Below are positions 39,926 through 49,244 of a stretch of DNA of 64,000 nt, one piece after another. The notes beneath the pieces were generated by a model. That model was given only the letters and a program-made list of their open reading frames with translations. It ran no database searches and was not told the DNA's origin. Position numbers and translations under genes: made by a program. The stretch is from Candidatus Bathyarchaeia archaeon. GTDB taxonomy: Archaea > Thermoproteota > Bathyarchaeia > Bathyarchaeales > Bathycorpusculaceae. How positions within the stretch are numbered: position 1 is the stretch's first letter; each line of letters begins with the position of its first letter. The stretch spans positions 1 to 64,000 of the forward strand of contig JBEKTQ010000013.1 in the NCBI GenBank assembly GCA_049515895.1, in the 5' to 3' direction.

Positions 39926-40162
39926 TTGAAAGCCTATATTCTCTTAAGCACCAAGCCAGGCACATCGTTGGAAGTCGTTAAGAGGCTAAAAGAAAAAGTC
40001 AAAGAAACCGTTACCGCCGACGCCATATTCGGACGATATGACGCAATCGTAGTGCTTGAAGCTCAAGCGCTCGAAGAAATAAACCAAGTTGTTTACAGAA
40101 TAATCGAAAAAGATCCCAACGTCATCCGAACGGAAACATCCATCGTCCTGTCACCGATGTAG
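39926..40162 (+). CDS. Stand-alone Lrp/AsnC ligand-binding domain protein
   Basis: KAYILL..KPG ... FGRYDAIV ... VIRTETSIV. Confidence 0.88.
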   Translation: MKAYILLSTKPGTSLEVVKRLKEKVKETVTADAIFGRYDAIVVLEAQALEEINQVVYRIIEKDPNVIRTETSIVLSPM

Positions 40163-40252
40163 TTCTCAAGCGAATGCTATAAGAACCCCAATATTTTTTG
40201 TTTTAATCCCTAGTTTCTTACAAACCGGAAAAAAGTCAAATAAAAATCGTTT

Positions 40253-40546
40253 CTAAGCTGTCGGCGGTTCAGATTGACCGTCTTCCTCGGTGCACTTCGG
40301 CCCTTTATGAGCTTTAAGCACGATGGAACTGACTGTGCTTTTTACGCCTTTTATTTTCATGATTTTGTTCTTGAGGATCTCTCGAAATTCCTCTATGTCT
40401 GCTGCTGAGACCAATGTTACGATGTCAAATTCCCCTGTGACTTCGTAGAGTTCTTCGAGATGGTCCAATTCTGCAAGTGAGGTTAGGACGCTGTCCATTT
40501 CTGGAGATTCTACAAATATGTCCACGAATGCTAGTAATCTTGGCAT
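40253..40546 (-). CDS. Stand-alone Lrp/AsnC ligand-binding domain protein
   Basis: EVTGEFDIV ... KIMKIKGVKSTVSSIVLKAHKGPKC; close paralog of 34735 and 45092. Confidence 0.88.
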   Translation of the reverse strand: MPRLLAFVDIFVESPEMDSVLTSLAELDHLEELYEVTGEFDIVTLVSAADIEEFREILKNKIMKIKGVKSTVSSIVLKAHKGPKCTEEDGQSEPPTA

Positions 40547-40726
40547 ATGGGTCGTCTTTCCTATTTGAACATCGAACTCGGATATTTATACTTTTTCTTG
40601 CAATACGGACATTACTTTCATTTTTTACACGACAATTGCGCAGTATTATAAAAATAAGTTGGACACATGTTAAAATACGCTAAAGCGAGCCTTCTATCAA
40701 CAAGCAACCATCACCCGACATTGGCC

Positions 40727-41203
40727 CTAACCATTTGCAGTGAAATTACCATAGACCAAAGGGTAATCCTTTATCAACAGCAAATTAAGCTGCAAAACAT
40801 CGACGTATGGATTTCCGAAAACCCAAAGCGTTCCCTGCTGATTCCGATTAACGATGCCAGTTAACGTTTCAGCGGGAATGCCTGTTGCGTTGCTTACCGC
40901 GGGTACCTGTGAAATGGCGTCCCGAAGCGTGATGTCTGGGTCAACGCCTGATGCTGAAGGATCAGAGGTTTCGTTTCTTGTATGGAAGAAAATGGGCAGT
41001 GTAAAGCTTTGCGCTATAAGGGTTGACCCGATGGTTTGACCGTTAGGTAACTTGGCTAAGTCGCCGTTCGCTTGGTTGGAGAAGAAAACTTGGCCTATGC
41101 CAGTGATAAAAAACGGGTAAAGTAATCCGCAGATCAGCAGCGAAACAAGTGCTAATCCGATAATTGGTTTGAAGTTCCATTTTTCCTTCTCTTGTTCAGT
41201 CAT
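40727..41203 (-). CDS. kdpC: K+-transporting ATPase subunit C
   Basis: GLLYP..ITGIGQ..F..QANG, GSTLIAQ, SASGVDPDI, VDVLQLNL. Confidence 0.93.
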   Translation of the reverse strand: MTEQEKEKWNFKPIIGLALVSLLICGLLYPFFITGIGQVFFSNQANGDLAKLPNGQTIGSTLIAQSFTLPIFFHTRNETSDPSASGVDPDITLRDAISQVPAVSNATGIPAETLTGIVNRNQQGTLWVFGNPYVDVLQLNLLLIKDYPLVYGNFTANG

Positions 41204-41215
41204 TGTGGCTTTCTC

Positions 41216-43390
41216 CTAAACATGAAACACTCCGGTAAGTAGCAAGTCGATTAGTTTGATGCCAATGAAGGGCACTATAACTCCGCCTACCCCGTAGATT
41301 AACGTGTTCTTGAGAAACAGGGACATTGTGCTTGTTGGTTTGAAGGCAATGCCGCGCATGGCGAGCGGAATCAGGAGCGGAATGATTATAGCGTTGAAGA
41401 TAAGAGCTGAAAGGACAGCGCTTTTCAAGCCCAAATGTAAGACGTTGAGGCTGCTCAACTCTGGAATGGCCGTTGCAAAGATAACAGGCATAATTGCGAA
41501 ATACTTGGATACGTCGTTGGCGATGCTGAAAGCTGTTACAGCGCCTCTGGTCATCAGCAGTTGCTTTCCAAGCATTACCACCTCAATGATTTTGGCTGGA
41601 TTCGATTCCAGGTCTACCATGTTTGCAGCCTCTTTTGCGGCTTCTGTGCCAGAATTCATAGCTAATCCAACATCGGCGGCGGATAATGCGGGTGCATCGT
41701 TTGTTCCGTCTCCAATCATCGCGACGATTCTGTTTTCAGCCTGTTCCCTCTTCGCTATCTTGTATTTGTCTTCAGGTTTAGCTTGAGCAACGTACTCGTC
41801 AATTCCAACCTCTGCTGCTATGCTTTTTGCAGTGAGAGGTTGATCCCCTGTAATCATAACTGGGCGAATCCCCATGACCTTAAGGGCTTGTATCTTCTCT
41901 TTGATGCCTACTTTGAGCACATCCTTCAACCTGATTATTCCAAGAACTAGCCCGTTTCTTGCAACTGCTATGGGAGTTTCTCCAACCGCAGAAATGCCGT
42001 TTACGACATAGTCGAAATCTGTTGGGACACAGTCGGCTTGCGCTTTGATAGATTCAGGCGCCCCTTTCATAATCTCAATTTCTGGTTCAAGCATCGCAGT
42101 CTCCGCTTCCCCTCCCACCGCCGAAGTTTTTCTTCTCATTCTTGTTCGTTGTGTTATGCCTTTGCCTCCTTTTGGCAGCGTGAGGCCCGCATGGGTTATT
42201 TTTACTCCACTTGTGCGGGTGGTGGCTGAGAAGGCGTAAACTTCAGAGGTTGCAAGCGAGTTTAGTTCTTTAGGCACGAAGCCATTTTCGTAAGCAAGTT
42301 TCAGTATGCTGCGCCCCTCGGGGGTGTCATCGTGCCATGAGGACAGAAACGCTGCTTCTCCGACGTCTTCTTCGGTATAGCGTTCGAAAGGAACGAATTG
42401 TATCGCCTGTCTGTTGCCAACAGTGATTGTGCCTGTTTTGTCTAGAAGAACTACATCTGCGTCTCCAGCGGTTTCTATGGCTTTTCCTGATTTAGCGATT
42501 ATCTTGCTTTTGTATAGTCGGGACATGCCAGAGAGTCCGATGGCTGGGAGCAAGGCTCCTATGGTTGTCGGAAGGAGGCAAACGTACAGCGCGATAAGCA
42601 CGGACAAGTCGGCGCCAAGACTAAGAGTTACCGATGTTCCGAGCAAGGCAACTATGATTATGGTGAATATGGCGGTTAAACCGATAAGAACGATGGTTAT
42701 CGCAACCTCGTTTGGAGTCTTTGGTCTCTTGGAAGATTCCACCATCTTTATCATTTGGTCAATGAAGGTTTCTCCAGGGTTAGTTGTAACCTTCGCCGTC
42801 AGGCTGTCGCTAACAACTTTTGAGCCTCCAATAAGCGAGTCTCCAGGAGCTTTCCTGACCGGAGCTGACTCACCGGTAACAAGCGACTCATCAACCATCG
42901 CGATCCCTTCGATAACGTCAGCGTCTAGGGGAACCACGTCGCGGGTTTCGATAAGGACCAAATCGTCTTTTCGCAGGTCAGTTGATTTCATAGCAATAAT
43001 TTTTCTAGTCCATGCCTCAGTGACTATTTTTTTGGCTGGCACTTCTGTCTCCAGTTTTCTGAGGCTGCCAGCGGTGCTTTTTGCTTGTTGTTCAGCAAGC
43101 GCGTCAGAGAGTGTGCTAAACCAGACTGTGATCAGCAGGATGATGGCGACTTCAATGTAGAAAATCTGCAGGCTAGGGCTAGCGACTGGCACGAATGCCT
43201 TTGGAAATATAGCCATCGCTGCTACAATGTAGAATGTAACTTCAACAATAAACATCACTGGATTCTTAAGCAGAGATTTAGGATTGAGACGGACTACAGA
43301 GTCAACTAGCACTTTTCCAGAGAAAGCGGAACGCATTCCCCCAGCCGAATCTTTAGTCTTGTTTGACTCAACGGTGTTTTCAATGGCCAA
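41216..43390 (-). CDS. kdpB: K+-transporting ATPase subunit B
   Basis: NPVMF, TGES, PTTIG, DKTGT, GDGTNDAPAL, SIANDVSKYF. Confidence 0.96.
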   Translation of the reverse strand: MAIENTVESNKTKDSAGGMRSAFSGKVLVDSVVRLNPKSLLKNPVMFIVEVTFYIVAAMAIFPKAFVPVASPSLQIFYIEVAIILLITVWFSTLSDALAEQQAKSTAGSLRKLETEVPAKKIVTEAWTRKIIAMKSTDLRKDDLVLIETRDVVPLDADVIEGIAMVDESLVTGESAPVRKAPGDSLIGGSKVVSDSLTAKVTTNPGETFIDQMIKMVESSKRPKTPNEVAITIVLIGLTAIFTIIIVALLGTSVTLSLGADLSVLIALYVCLLPTTIGALLPAIGLSGMSRLYKSKIIAKSGKAIETAGDADVVLLDKTGTITVGNRQAIQFVPFERYTEEDVGEAAFLSSWHDDTPEGRSILKLAYENGFVPKELNSLATSEVYAFSATTRTSGVKITHAGLTLPKGGKGITQRTRMRRKTSAVGGEAETAMLEPEIEIMKGAPESIKAQADCVPTDFDYVVNGISAVGETPIAVARNGLVLGIIRLKDVLKVGIKEKIQALKVMGIRPVMITGDQPLTAKSIAAEVGIDEYVAQAKPEDKYKIAKREQAENRIVAMIGDGTNDAPALSAADVGLAMNSGTEAAKEAANMVDLESNPAKIIEVVMLGKQLLMTRGAVTAFSIANDVSKYFAIMPVIFATAIPELSSLNVLHLGLKSAVLSALIFNAIIIPLLIPLAMRGIAFKPTSTMSLFLKNTLIYGVGGVIVPFIGIKLIDLLLTGVFHV

Positions 43391-45044
43391 TGCCGTTCAA
43401 CCATCCTTTGAAAAATGATGATATTGGTCCGATCGCTAGGAACGGGAAGAAAGTCAACACAACCAGTATTATGATGGAAGCAATCAAGACTATCGTGAAT
43501 ATCAATGTGTCAGTCTTCAGACCTGAAGTTGTTCCGCCGCGTTTTCTGCCAATCATTGACCCGGAAAGCGCCAGCAGTATGGCTATGGGAGCGTAGCGTC
43601 CGATCAGCATCACGATGGCAGTTGCTATGTTGAAATACGGCGTGTTTCCTGAAGCTCCTAAGAAGTCTGAGCCGTTGTTGGCGGCGGCGCTAGTAAATTC
43701 CCAAAGAATTTGGGTGTATCCGACGGAGCTTCCGCTCACGCCTATGGCGCTTACAGCACCACTGGCATAGGCTAACACCGTGGGTACTAGTATTATGATT
43801 GGGTGGATAAGAAACGCGATCATTACAAGTTTAACGTCTCGTCCCGTGATTTTCATGTTCAAGTATTCAGGTGTTCTTCCCGACATGAGACCCACAACGA
43901 AGACGGTTATTATGATGAACATAACCATGTACATCATGCCGACTCCTTTCCCGCCTGGGATTGACTGTATAAACATGCCAAGGAAACCAGATAGAATCGT
44001 CAAAGGATGGTTTCCTAAAAGTGCTGAGTTTAGAGAGCCTGTTGTGGCCACGGTTGTTGTAACGGTATAGAAGCTGGACATGAAGCCGCCAAATCGAACT
44101 TCTATGTCAGGCGCCACCAATGGAAGTGCGGGAATAAACGCTATAACCAAATTAACGCCGAAAAGAATGTAGGCGCCCCATAGAAGAGGTCTGGCCTCGG
44201 TTTTTTTGCCAATCATTTGTCCGAAAACGAAGATTAATGCTGTGGGAAGCAGAAGCATAAGGGAAATCATGAGGATGTTGGTGATTGGTGAGGGGTTCAT
44301 AAATGGATAGGCAGCGTTTGCACCATAGAATCCGCCGCCGTTAGTGCCTATCTGCATTATGGAGTCAAGAGAGGCCACTGGCCCAACAAGTATCGTTTGA
44401 GTGGCTCCTTGTATTGTCTTTACTGTGGTGTAACCATTGAGGGTTTGGGGCACCCCTAAAGCCAGAAATATGATTGAGGCTATGATGCAGAGGGGCAGGA
44501 CAATTCTCGTGAGCGCTCTTGTGAAGTCAGCATAGAAGTTGCCCATGTCTTTTGCTCCAGCAACCAGTCCTCGTATGAAGGCAATTCCCATGCATAGTCC
44601 TGTGATGGCAGAGGTAAATTGAAGCCATTGTATAACACCGATTTGACTAAGATATGACAAAGTGGTTTCGCCGTTATAGTGCTGAAGGTTTGTGTTTGTC
44701 ACAAACGAAGCTACAGTATTAAAAGCGAGGTCAGGTCTGACGCCAGGGAAGCCCATCGGGTTAAGCGGCAAGTTGCCTTGGAATACAAGCATTATAAAGC
44801 CAATAATCATCATAACAACGTTTGTCAGCAGTCCGGCGAGGAAGTACTGCTTCCAACCCATCGTTTGCTCTGAGTTCACGCCTGTGATTTTGTAGATGAA
44901 GTTCTCGATTGGGTTCAGTATTTTGTCTAGGCGGCTTGGTTTTCGCTTAAAAACTCCTGTGATGTAGGGGGCTATTAACCAAGCTAGAAGTATGGTTATT
45001 CCAATTATAAGAATAACCGTCAGCGCCTGAACTATATCGATCAA
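43380..45044 (-). CDS. kdpA: K+-transporting ATPase subunit A
   Basis: SFVTNTNLQHY, GTNGGG, GGKGVG, GRTPEYL, SAAANNGS. Confidence 0.96.
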   Translation of the reverse strand: MIDIVQALTVILIIGITILLAWLIAPYITGVFKRKPSRLDKILNPIENFIYKITGVNSEQTMGWKQYFLAGLLTNVVMMIIGFIMLVFQGNLPLNPMGFPGVRPDLAFNTVASFVTNTNLQHYNGETTLSYLSQIGVIQWLQFTSAITGLCMGIAFIRGLVAGAKDMGNFYADFTRALTRIVLPLCIIASIIFLALGVPQTLNGYTTVKTIQGATQTILVGPVASLDSIMQIGTNGGGFYGANAAYPFMNPSPITNILMISLMLLLPTALIFVFGQMIGKKTEARPLLWGAYILFGVNLVIAFIPALPLVAPDIEVRFGGFMSSFYTVTTTVATTGSLNSALLGNHPLTILSGFLGMFIQSIPGGKGVGMMYMVMFIIITVFVVGLMSGRTPEYLNMKITGRDVKLVMIAFLIHPIIILVPTVLAYASGAVSAIGVSGSSVGYTQILWEFTSAAANNGSDFLGASGNTPYFNIATAIVMLIGRYAPIAILLALSGSMIGRKRGGTTSGLKTDTLIFTIVLIASIIILVVLTFFPFLAIGPISSFFKGWLNGIGH

Positions 45045-45091
45045 TTATTTCGAAACTCCAGATTGCATTTGTACTCACTATGGCTCCTACC

Positions 45092-45385
45092 TCAACTTGT
45101 GGTTGATGTAATAATTGTCTTTTGGCACCTACGTCCTTTATGTGGCTTCAGTATAATAGTGCTTATGGTGCTTTTGACGCCGCGAATCTTCATTATTTTC
45201 TTTTGCAGGGTGTCGCGAAATTCTTCAAGAGTTGAAGTGCTTACGAGAGTGACGATGTCATATTCGCCTGCGACTTCATAGACTTCCTCAATGTTTTCAA
45301 GCTTTCGCAAAGCGGCTACCACTTGATCTATTTGGGTTGTGTCGGCGAAGATGTTGACTGATGCTAAGAACTTGCTCATTTTCAT
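45092..45385 (-). CDS. Stand-alone Lrp/AsnC ligand-binding domain protein, first large gene of the kdp operon
   Basis: EVAGEYDIV ... KIMKIRGVKSTISTIILKPHKG. Confidence 0.88.
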   Translation of the reverse strand: MKMSKFLASVNIFADTTQIDQVVAALRKLENIEEVYEVAGEYDIVTLVSTSTLEEFRDTLQKKIMKIRGVKSTISTIILKPHKGRRCQKTIITSTTS

Positions 45386-45520
45386 TCATCCTCCAATTTG
45401 CGAGTGAATTCGAAATCTGAAACTTGCAAGCAGTATATGAAATGACAAGAAACCGAAACACAATACACATGAACGTTGTTCAAGTTCAACATAATAATCA
45501 GCGAGATCCAAAGGATTTTG

Positions 45521-45622
45521 CTATGGAACCTCTTCGAGGCCCCTTCGCATTTTGTTTAAGAAGGCCAAATCATAGATTCGGCTACCTTTTCCGCCAAGAA
45601 ATTTACTTTCAACACGGTTCAA
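45521..45622 (-). CDS. Candidate 33-aa leader ORF of the kdp operon
   Basis: TTG start after strong AGGAGG SD: (M)NRVESKFLGGKGSRIYDLAFLNKMRRGLEEVP*. Confidence 0.55.
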   Translation of the reverse strand: MNRVESKFLGGKGSRIYDLAFLNKMRRGLEEVP

Positions 45623-45671
45623 TTTTTAGCCTCCTTTCTCCCTTTTAACATATGGGGTATTGACAACTATT

Positions 45672-45710
45672 ATATAAGCTTAATTATGATTTGTTCATAC
45701 TTTTCAATAA
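45672..45710 (-). promoter_or_regulatory. Shared-motif promoter P2 (kdp operon)
   Basis: ttattgaaaagTATGAACAA-atcataattaag-CTTATATA (12-nt spacer). Confidence 0.75.
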
Positions 45711-46142
45711 TGTCTGAATATTTTACGAAGAAATTTGGAAAAGTTCGAAAAAAAACACATAAAACACGAACAATGTTGAAAGTTTATTGCTCATGCCGTC
45801 TGAGTCGCCGGGCAAGAGATCATTTTTGGAACTGAAGCCTGCACCATTTTCCAGAATTTAATTAGCTTTTGGCGCGTTTGTTCAATACTGACTTATGCTT
45901 ACTCGACACCTCCGCCTAAAGGTTTGTGGTTTTTCAAGTTACTTGCTTTACATGAAGGTGCTACGTTGAAGCGAACAAATGTTGGACATGGAGTCTCACA
46001 CGGCATAGAAGCCTTCCTAAGATGGTACAGTTTGATATGTGGCGGCTCTCTCGAAGGAATGATAGGAACAAATATCCAAGTAAATGGCAATTGATCAGCC
46101 AAACGTCTAATTCCACCTATCTTAATTGTACAGCTTTTTTAT

Positions 46143-46184
46143 TTTTCATAAAAGTTATGAACAATTCACAATTATGTTTATATA
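46143..46184 (+). promoter_or_regulatory. Shared-motif promoter P3
   Basis: ttttcataaaagtTATGAACAA-ttcacaattatg-TTTATATA (12-nt spacer). Confidence 0.78.
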
Positions 46185-46235
46185 GGATGCTCTCTCCTTA
46201 TAAATCGTTCAACAAAATTGAAAATTGGTGAAAAA

Positions 46236-46334
46236 ATGTTTGGATTAATGGATTTGGTCTGGACATGTGTCATAGTGGGGTCGATAGCGACAATTGGCTA
46301 CCGACTGCGTTTAGAGTTTAGAATGAACAAATAA
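46236..46334 (+). CDS. 32-aa single-TM peptide B (not in ORF track)
   Basis: MFGLMDLVWTCVIVGSIATIGYRLRLEFRMNK*; GGTGA SD; paralog of 39655..39759. Confidence 0.75.
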   Translation: MFGLMDLVWTCVIVGSIATIGYRLRLEFRMNK

Positions 46335-46862
46335 TTTATGAGCTCACTTCTTGTCTACAACACTAATTCTTCGATTTTTCTCGAATTTTCGCTAAGATAA
46401 TCCTTACAAGGCAAACGTTAAAGTTTTTGCAATAATCGTGACTGGCAATAAAACTTGGAGAATTAGCATCCGCAGGGGTTCTTCTCAAAGAAAAATCAAG
46501 TGGGTTACCGAAGGTTAGATACCCTTTTTTTCCAAGAATAAATATTTAACAGAACAGTTGAGATTTCAATTGTAACAATCGTGCTCTGGTATTTCCCCGT
46601 TATCGTGTATAAATTTAACGATTAAATCGAACTCCGGCGGGCTTCGAGATCAATTCTTTTCGATGTTCCGCTTGCAACTTCCTCTTTAGCTTTTTTTCTT
46701 TTGGATTCTTCCCGGAGTTTTACAGTTTAGTTCCCATTAGAAGCAAGATTTCATCTCTTTCCTACTTTTTTAGCGGATCTAATTTTTATTTTGTTCAACA
46801 AAAATAGCGGATAATGGCTTTTTATACATTAATTTATTTATTTTATGAAAATATTTACAGTT

Positions 46863-46903
46863 ATTCATAATTATTATGAACAAATCTTAATCAGGTTTAT
46901 ATT
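46863..46903 (+). promoter_or_regulatory. Shared-motif promoter P4 (APC permease)
   Basis: attcataattatTATGAACAA-atcttaatcagg-TTTATA (12-nt spacer). Confidence 0.78.
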
Positions 46904-46945
46904 TCGCCGGATTTGCTATATGGTACTAAAGTTCGGTGTTACCAA

Positions 46946-47083
46946 ATGAAAAAGGAAAAGGAATCTCCAAATGTAAACAGGACAAACAGAAAACACGACG
47001 CATTACTCGTTAAAAAGAGCAAAAAACTATTTTCTGCTATTTTCAGCTTGCCACTCAGAGGAGGGAAAATAGATACCTACTGA
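46946..47083 (+). CDS. Candidate 45-aa basic leader ORF overlapping the APC start region
   Basis: MKKEKESPNVNRTNRKHDALLVKKSKKLFSAIFSLPLRGGKIDTY*; GGTG SD. Confidence 0.5.
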   Translation: MKKEKESPNVNRTNRKHDALLVKKSKKLFSAIFSLPLRGGKIDTY

Positions 47084-48680
47084 CTCCACAGATGCAGGAC
47101 CGCGAAAGTCACCGTCATTGAAAAAAACTCTCGGCCTGGGAGGCGTTACAATAAACGCCATGGCCTTAATAGCTCCAGGAGCATTCTTATGGCTCACCTT
47201 TCAGATAAACGCAGCTCAGACCTCGCCGTCAGGGGCTTCAACGGCATTTGACATTTGGCCTGGCCTTCTATTAGCATTAATTTTGGCGTTCCTAACTGCA
47301 GCTTCTTATTCGTGGCTAGCACGGCGTTACCCAGATGCTGGTCCCGGCAGCTCGTATTACTTTGCTCAAAGAGCTTTACTAGATAACGGAAGCAGCAACA
47401 AATTAGCTAGAAACGCAAAGTTCGGAGTCGGATGGATTTCCCACCTCTACTATTGGGTCTATCCAGGGGTCATGGTTGCAGCAATGTCTATCCTACTTAC
47501 TTGGATTCTATCGGTACTTGGTTTCAGTGTTTCACCCTTAGGCGAAATCGCCATAGCCAGCTTATTTGCAGTCGTTACAGGTGCGATAGCCTTCCGCGGG
47601 ATTCAAGGATCAACAAGAACAAACCTCCTCCTCAACGTGGTTCAAATCGGAATGTTAGTTATCATCACCGGAATGGCGTTGGCATACCGTTTTATTAACC
47701 CTCAACATGTGACCTTTACGTTCACCAGTGTTGGCGGAATAGTTACGCCGCACGATATTGGCAACGTGTTATTCCAAGCGACAATCGCAATCTTAGTGCT
47801 TGTCGGATTCGAATCCGCAACCGCTTACACTGGAGAAGCAAAAGACCCCAAGGTTGTTCCAAAGGCAATCATTTTGTCATTGATCATCCAAGGAGCCTTC
47901 GCTTACATGTTTGAATACTTCGGAGCTGAAGCATGGATGAACTCAAGCTATAGTATAACACAAAGCGGCCAGAAATTTGCAGGATTTGGAGCAGCTGGAA
48001 TTTCAAGTGCCCCTATCGGTGATATGGTTCATAACCTTGGGAACGTGTTCCTCGGAGGCAACGGAGTCACATTAGAATTAATAGTAGCGGCAATTGTGGC
48101 TGCTGCAATATTAGGCACTACGCTTGCTTGCATGAACACTGGCGTTAGAGTAACCTACGCGATTAGCCGAGATACTGAAGTGCCTTATCAACTTAGCAAA
48201 CTAAACCCAAAATACTCTACTCCAGCGATTGGTATCTGGATAATGACAGCTGTCGCAGCCGCTATAGGATCTTTCGGGGTACTGACGATAACAAACCTAA
48301 CTTCAATTACGTTGCTATCTAACTTTGGCACCTTCCTGCTCTATGGAGTCACAAACATTGTAGCACTAATCGCATTCACTAAAGAACGAGCTTCAATACT
48401 AAAACGCAAAGTGGTTCCAATCGCAGGCCTCGCCGCCAACGCCCTAATGCTAGCTACTATCATTTACCTCAGCGTAGCTGGCGGAGGAACTCCCCAGTTG
48501 GAAGGAGCTTTTGCTATAGTTGGCACCGCAATTTGGTTGTTATTAGGTTTAGTCTATTTCCGTTTTAACTCAAAATCAATGCCTTCCGGTTTATTTCCAT
48601 TCCCAGGCAAAGATGAGGATGAGCGCAATGCTGCGAAAGTCACTAAACCCAGAACCTTCAAGTTATGGAAAAAAGATTAG
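47073..48680 (+). CDS. APC-superfamily permease (probable ATA start at 47073; TTG at 47118 is the alternative)
   Basis: LKKTLGL, ALIAPGAFLW, GSSYYF, LVGFES...GEAKDP, about 12 TM helices. Confidence 0.88.
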   Translation: MPTDSTDAGPRKSPSLKKTLGLGGVTINAMALIAPGAFLWLTFQINAAQTSPSGASTAFDIWPGLLLALILAFLTAASYSWLARRYPDAGPGSSYYFAQRALLDNGSSNKLARNAKFGVGWISHLYYWVYPGVMVAAMSILLTWILSVLGFSVSPLGEIAIASLFAVVTGAIAFRGIQGSTRTNLLLNVVQIGMLVIITGMALAYRFINPQHVTFTFTSVGGIVTPHDIGNVLFQATIAILVLVGFESATAYTGEAKDPKVVPKAIILSLIIQGAFAYMFEYFGAEAWMNSSYSITQSGQKFAGFGAAGISSAPIGDMVHNLGNVFLGGNGVTLELIVAAIVAAAILGTTLACMNTGVRVTYAISRDTEVPYQLSKLNPKYSTPAIGIWIMTAVAAAIGSFGVLTITNLTSITLLSNFGTFLLYGVTNIVALIAFTKERASILKRKVVPIAGLAANALMLATIIYLSVAGGGTPQLEGAFAIVGTAIWLLLGLVYFRFNSKSMPSGLFPFPGKDEDERNAAKVTKPRTFKLWKKD

Positions 48681-48981
48681 CTCCTTTTTTTTCTTTATTA
48701 GAGAAAACTTAATTCGATTGACAACTAAGCTCAGATATCTCGGAAAGGACTTCGGAACTTCGCTTCTTCAAGTTTGATTCCGCCACAAAAACTTCAACGA
48801 CTTCTTTTTTGTGGCAACTAAGTCATGGCACGAAACAATCTACATCTGCTGCATTTATTCTCGCAAGCTGCCAAAAGAAATGAAAAGTCTTTACGAAATT
48901 TTGCGCCCCATCCGTACAGCAAAAAGAGATTCACAACGAGTCACGAAAGTGCAAGGTGTAGTTTGTTTTCCAATTCATCTA

Positions 48982-49089
48982 TTATTTCTTCAAAATTCTT
49001 TTTCGAAGGATGATGTGGGGTTGCCTTTGAGCGTCTATAACGATTAATTCTTCAATGTTATGTTCAGTCACTTTGGTAACTTCTCTCAG
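48982..49089 (-). CDS. Candidate 29-35 aa small ORF behind promoter P5
   Basis: (M)REVTKVTEHNIEELIVIDAQRQPHIILRKRILKK*; ggtgttac SD context identical to the ORF at 46946; GTG at 49071 is the alternative start. Confidence 0.45.
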   Translation of the reverse strand: MREVTKVTEHNIEELIVIDAQRQPHIILRKRILKK

Positions 49090-49131
49090 TAGTAACACCA
49101 ATTTAAGTTTAGCAATTTAAGTATCCAATCA

Positions 49132-49174
49132 AATATAAATGTAGTTAATATTTGTTCATAACTTTTATGAAAAA
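49132..49174 (-). promoter_or_regulatory. Shared-motif promoter P5
   Basis: ttttcataaaagtTATGAACAA-atattaactaca-TTTATA (12-nt spacer); 22 nt identical to P3. Confidence 0.78.
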
Positions 49175-49244
49175 ATTAAATTACATCCAGTATACAACCT
49201 AAGTTTTCAACAAACAAAGCAACTTCTTTGAATATTGAAATCGA

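Noticed and set aside
41304-43160. Long antisense ORFs opposite kdpB (similar cases opposite the integrase, por genes and ftsZ)
   Set aside because: Shadow frames of well-supported genes on the other strand
45386-45622. TAG read-through (pyrrolysine) extending the kdp leader ORF to the TGA next to the Lrp start
   Set aside because: Many clear genes here end in TAG, no pyl genes are visible, and an open 44-codon stretch can occur by chance
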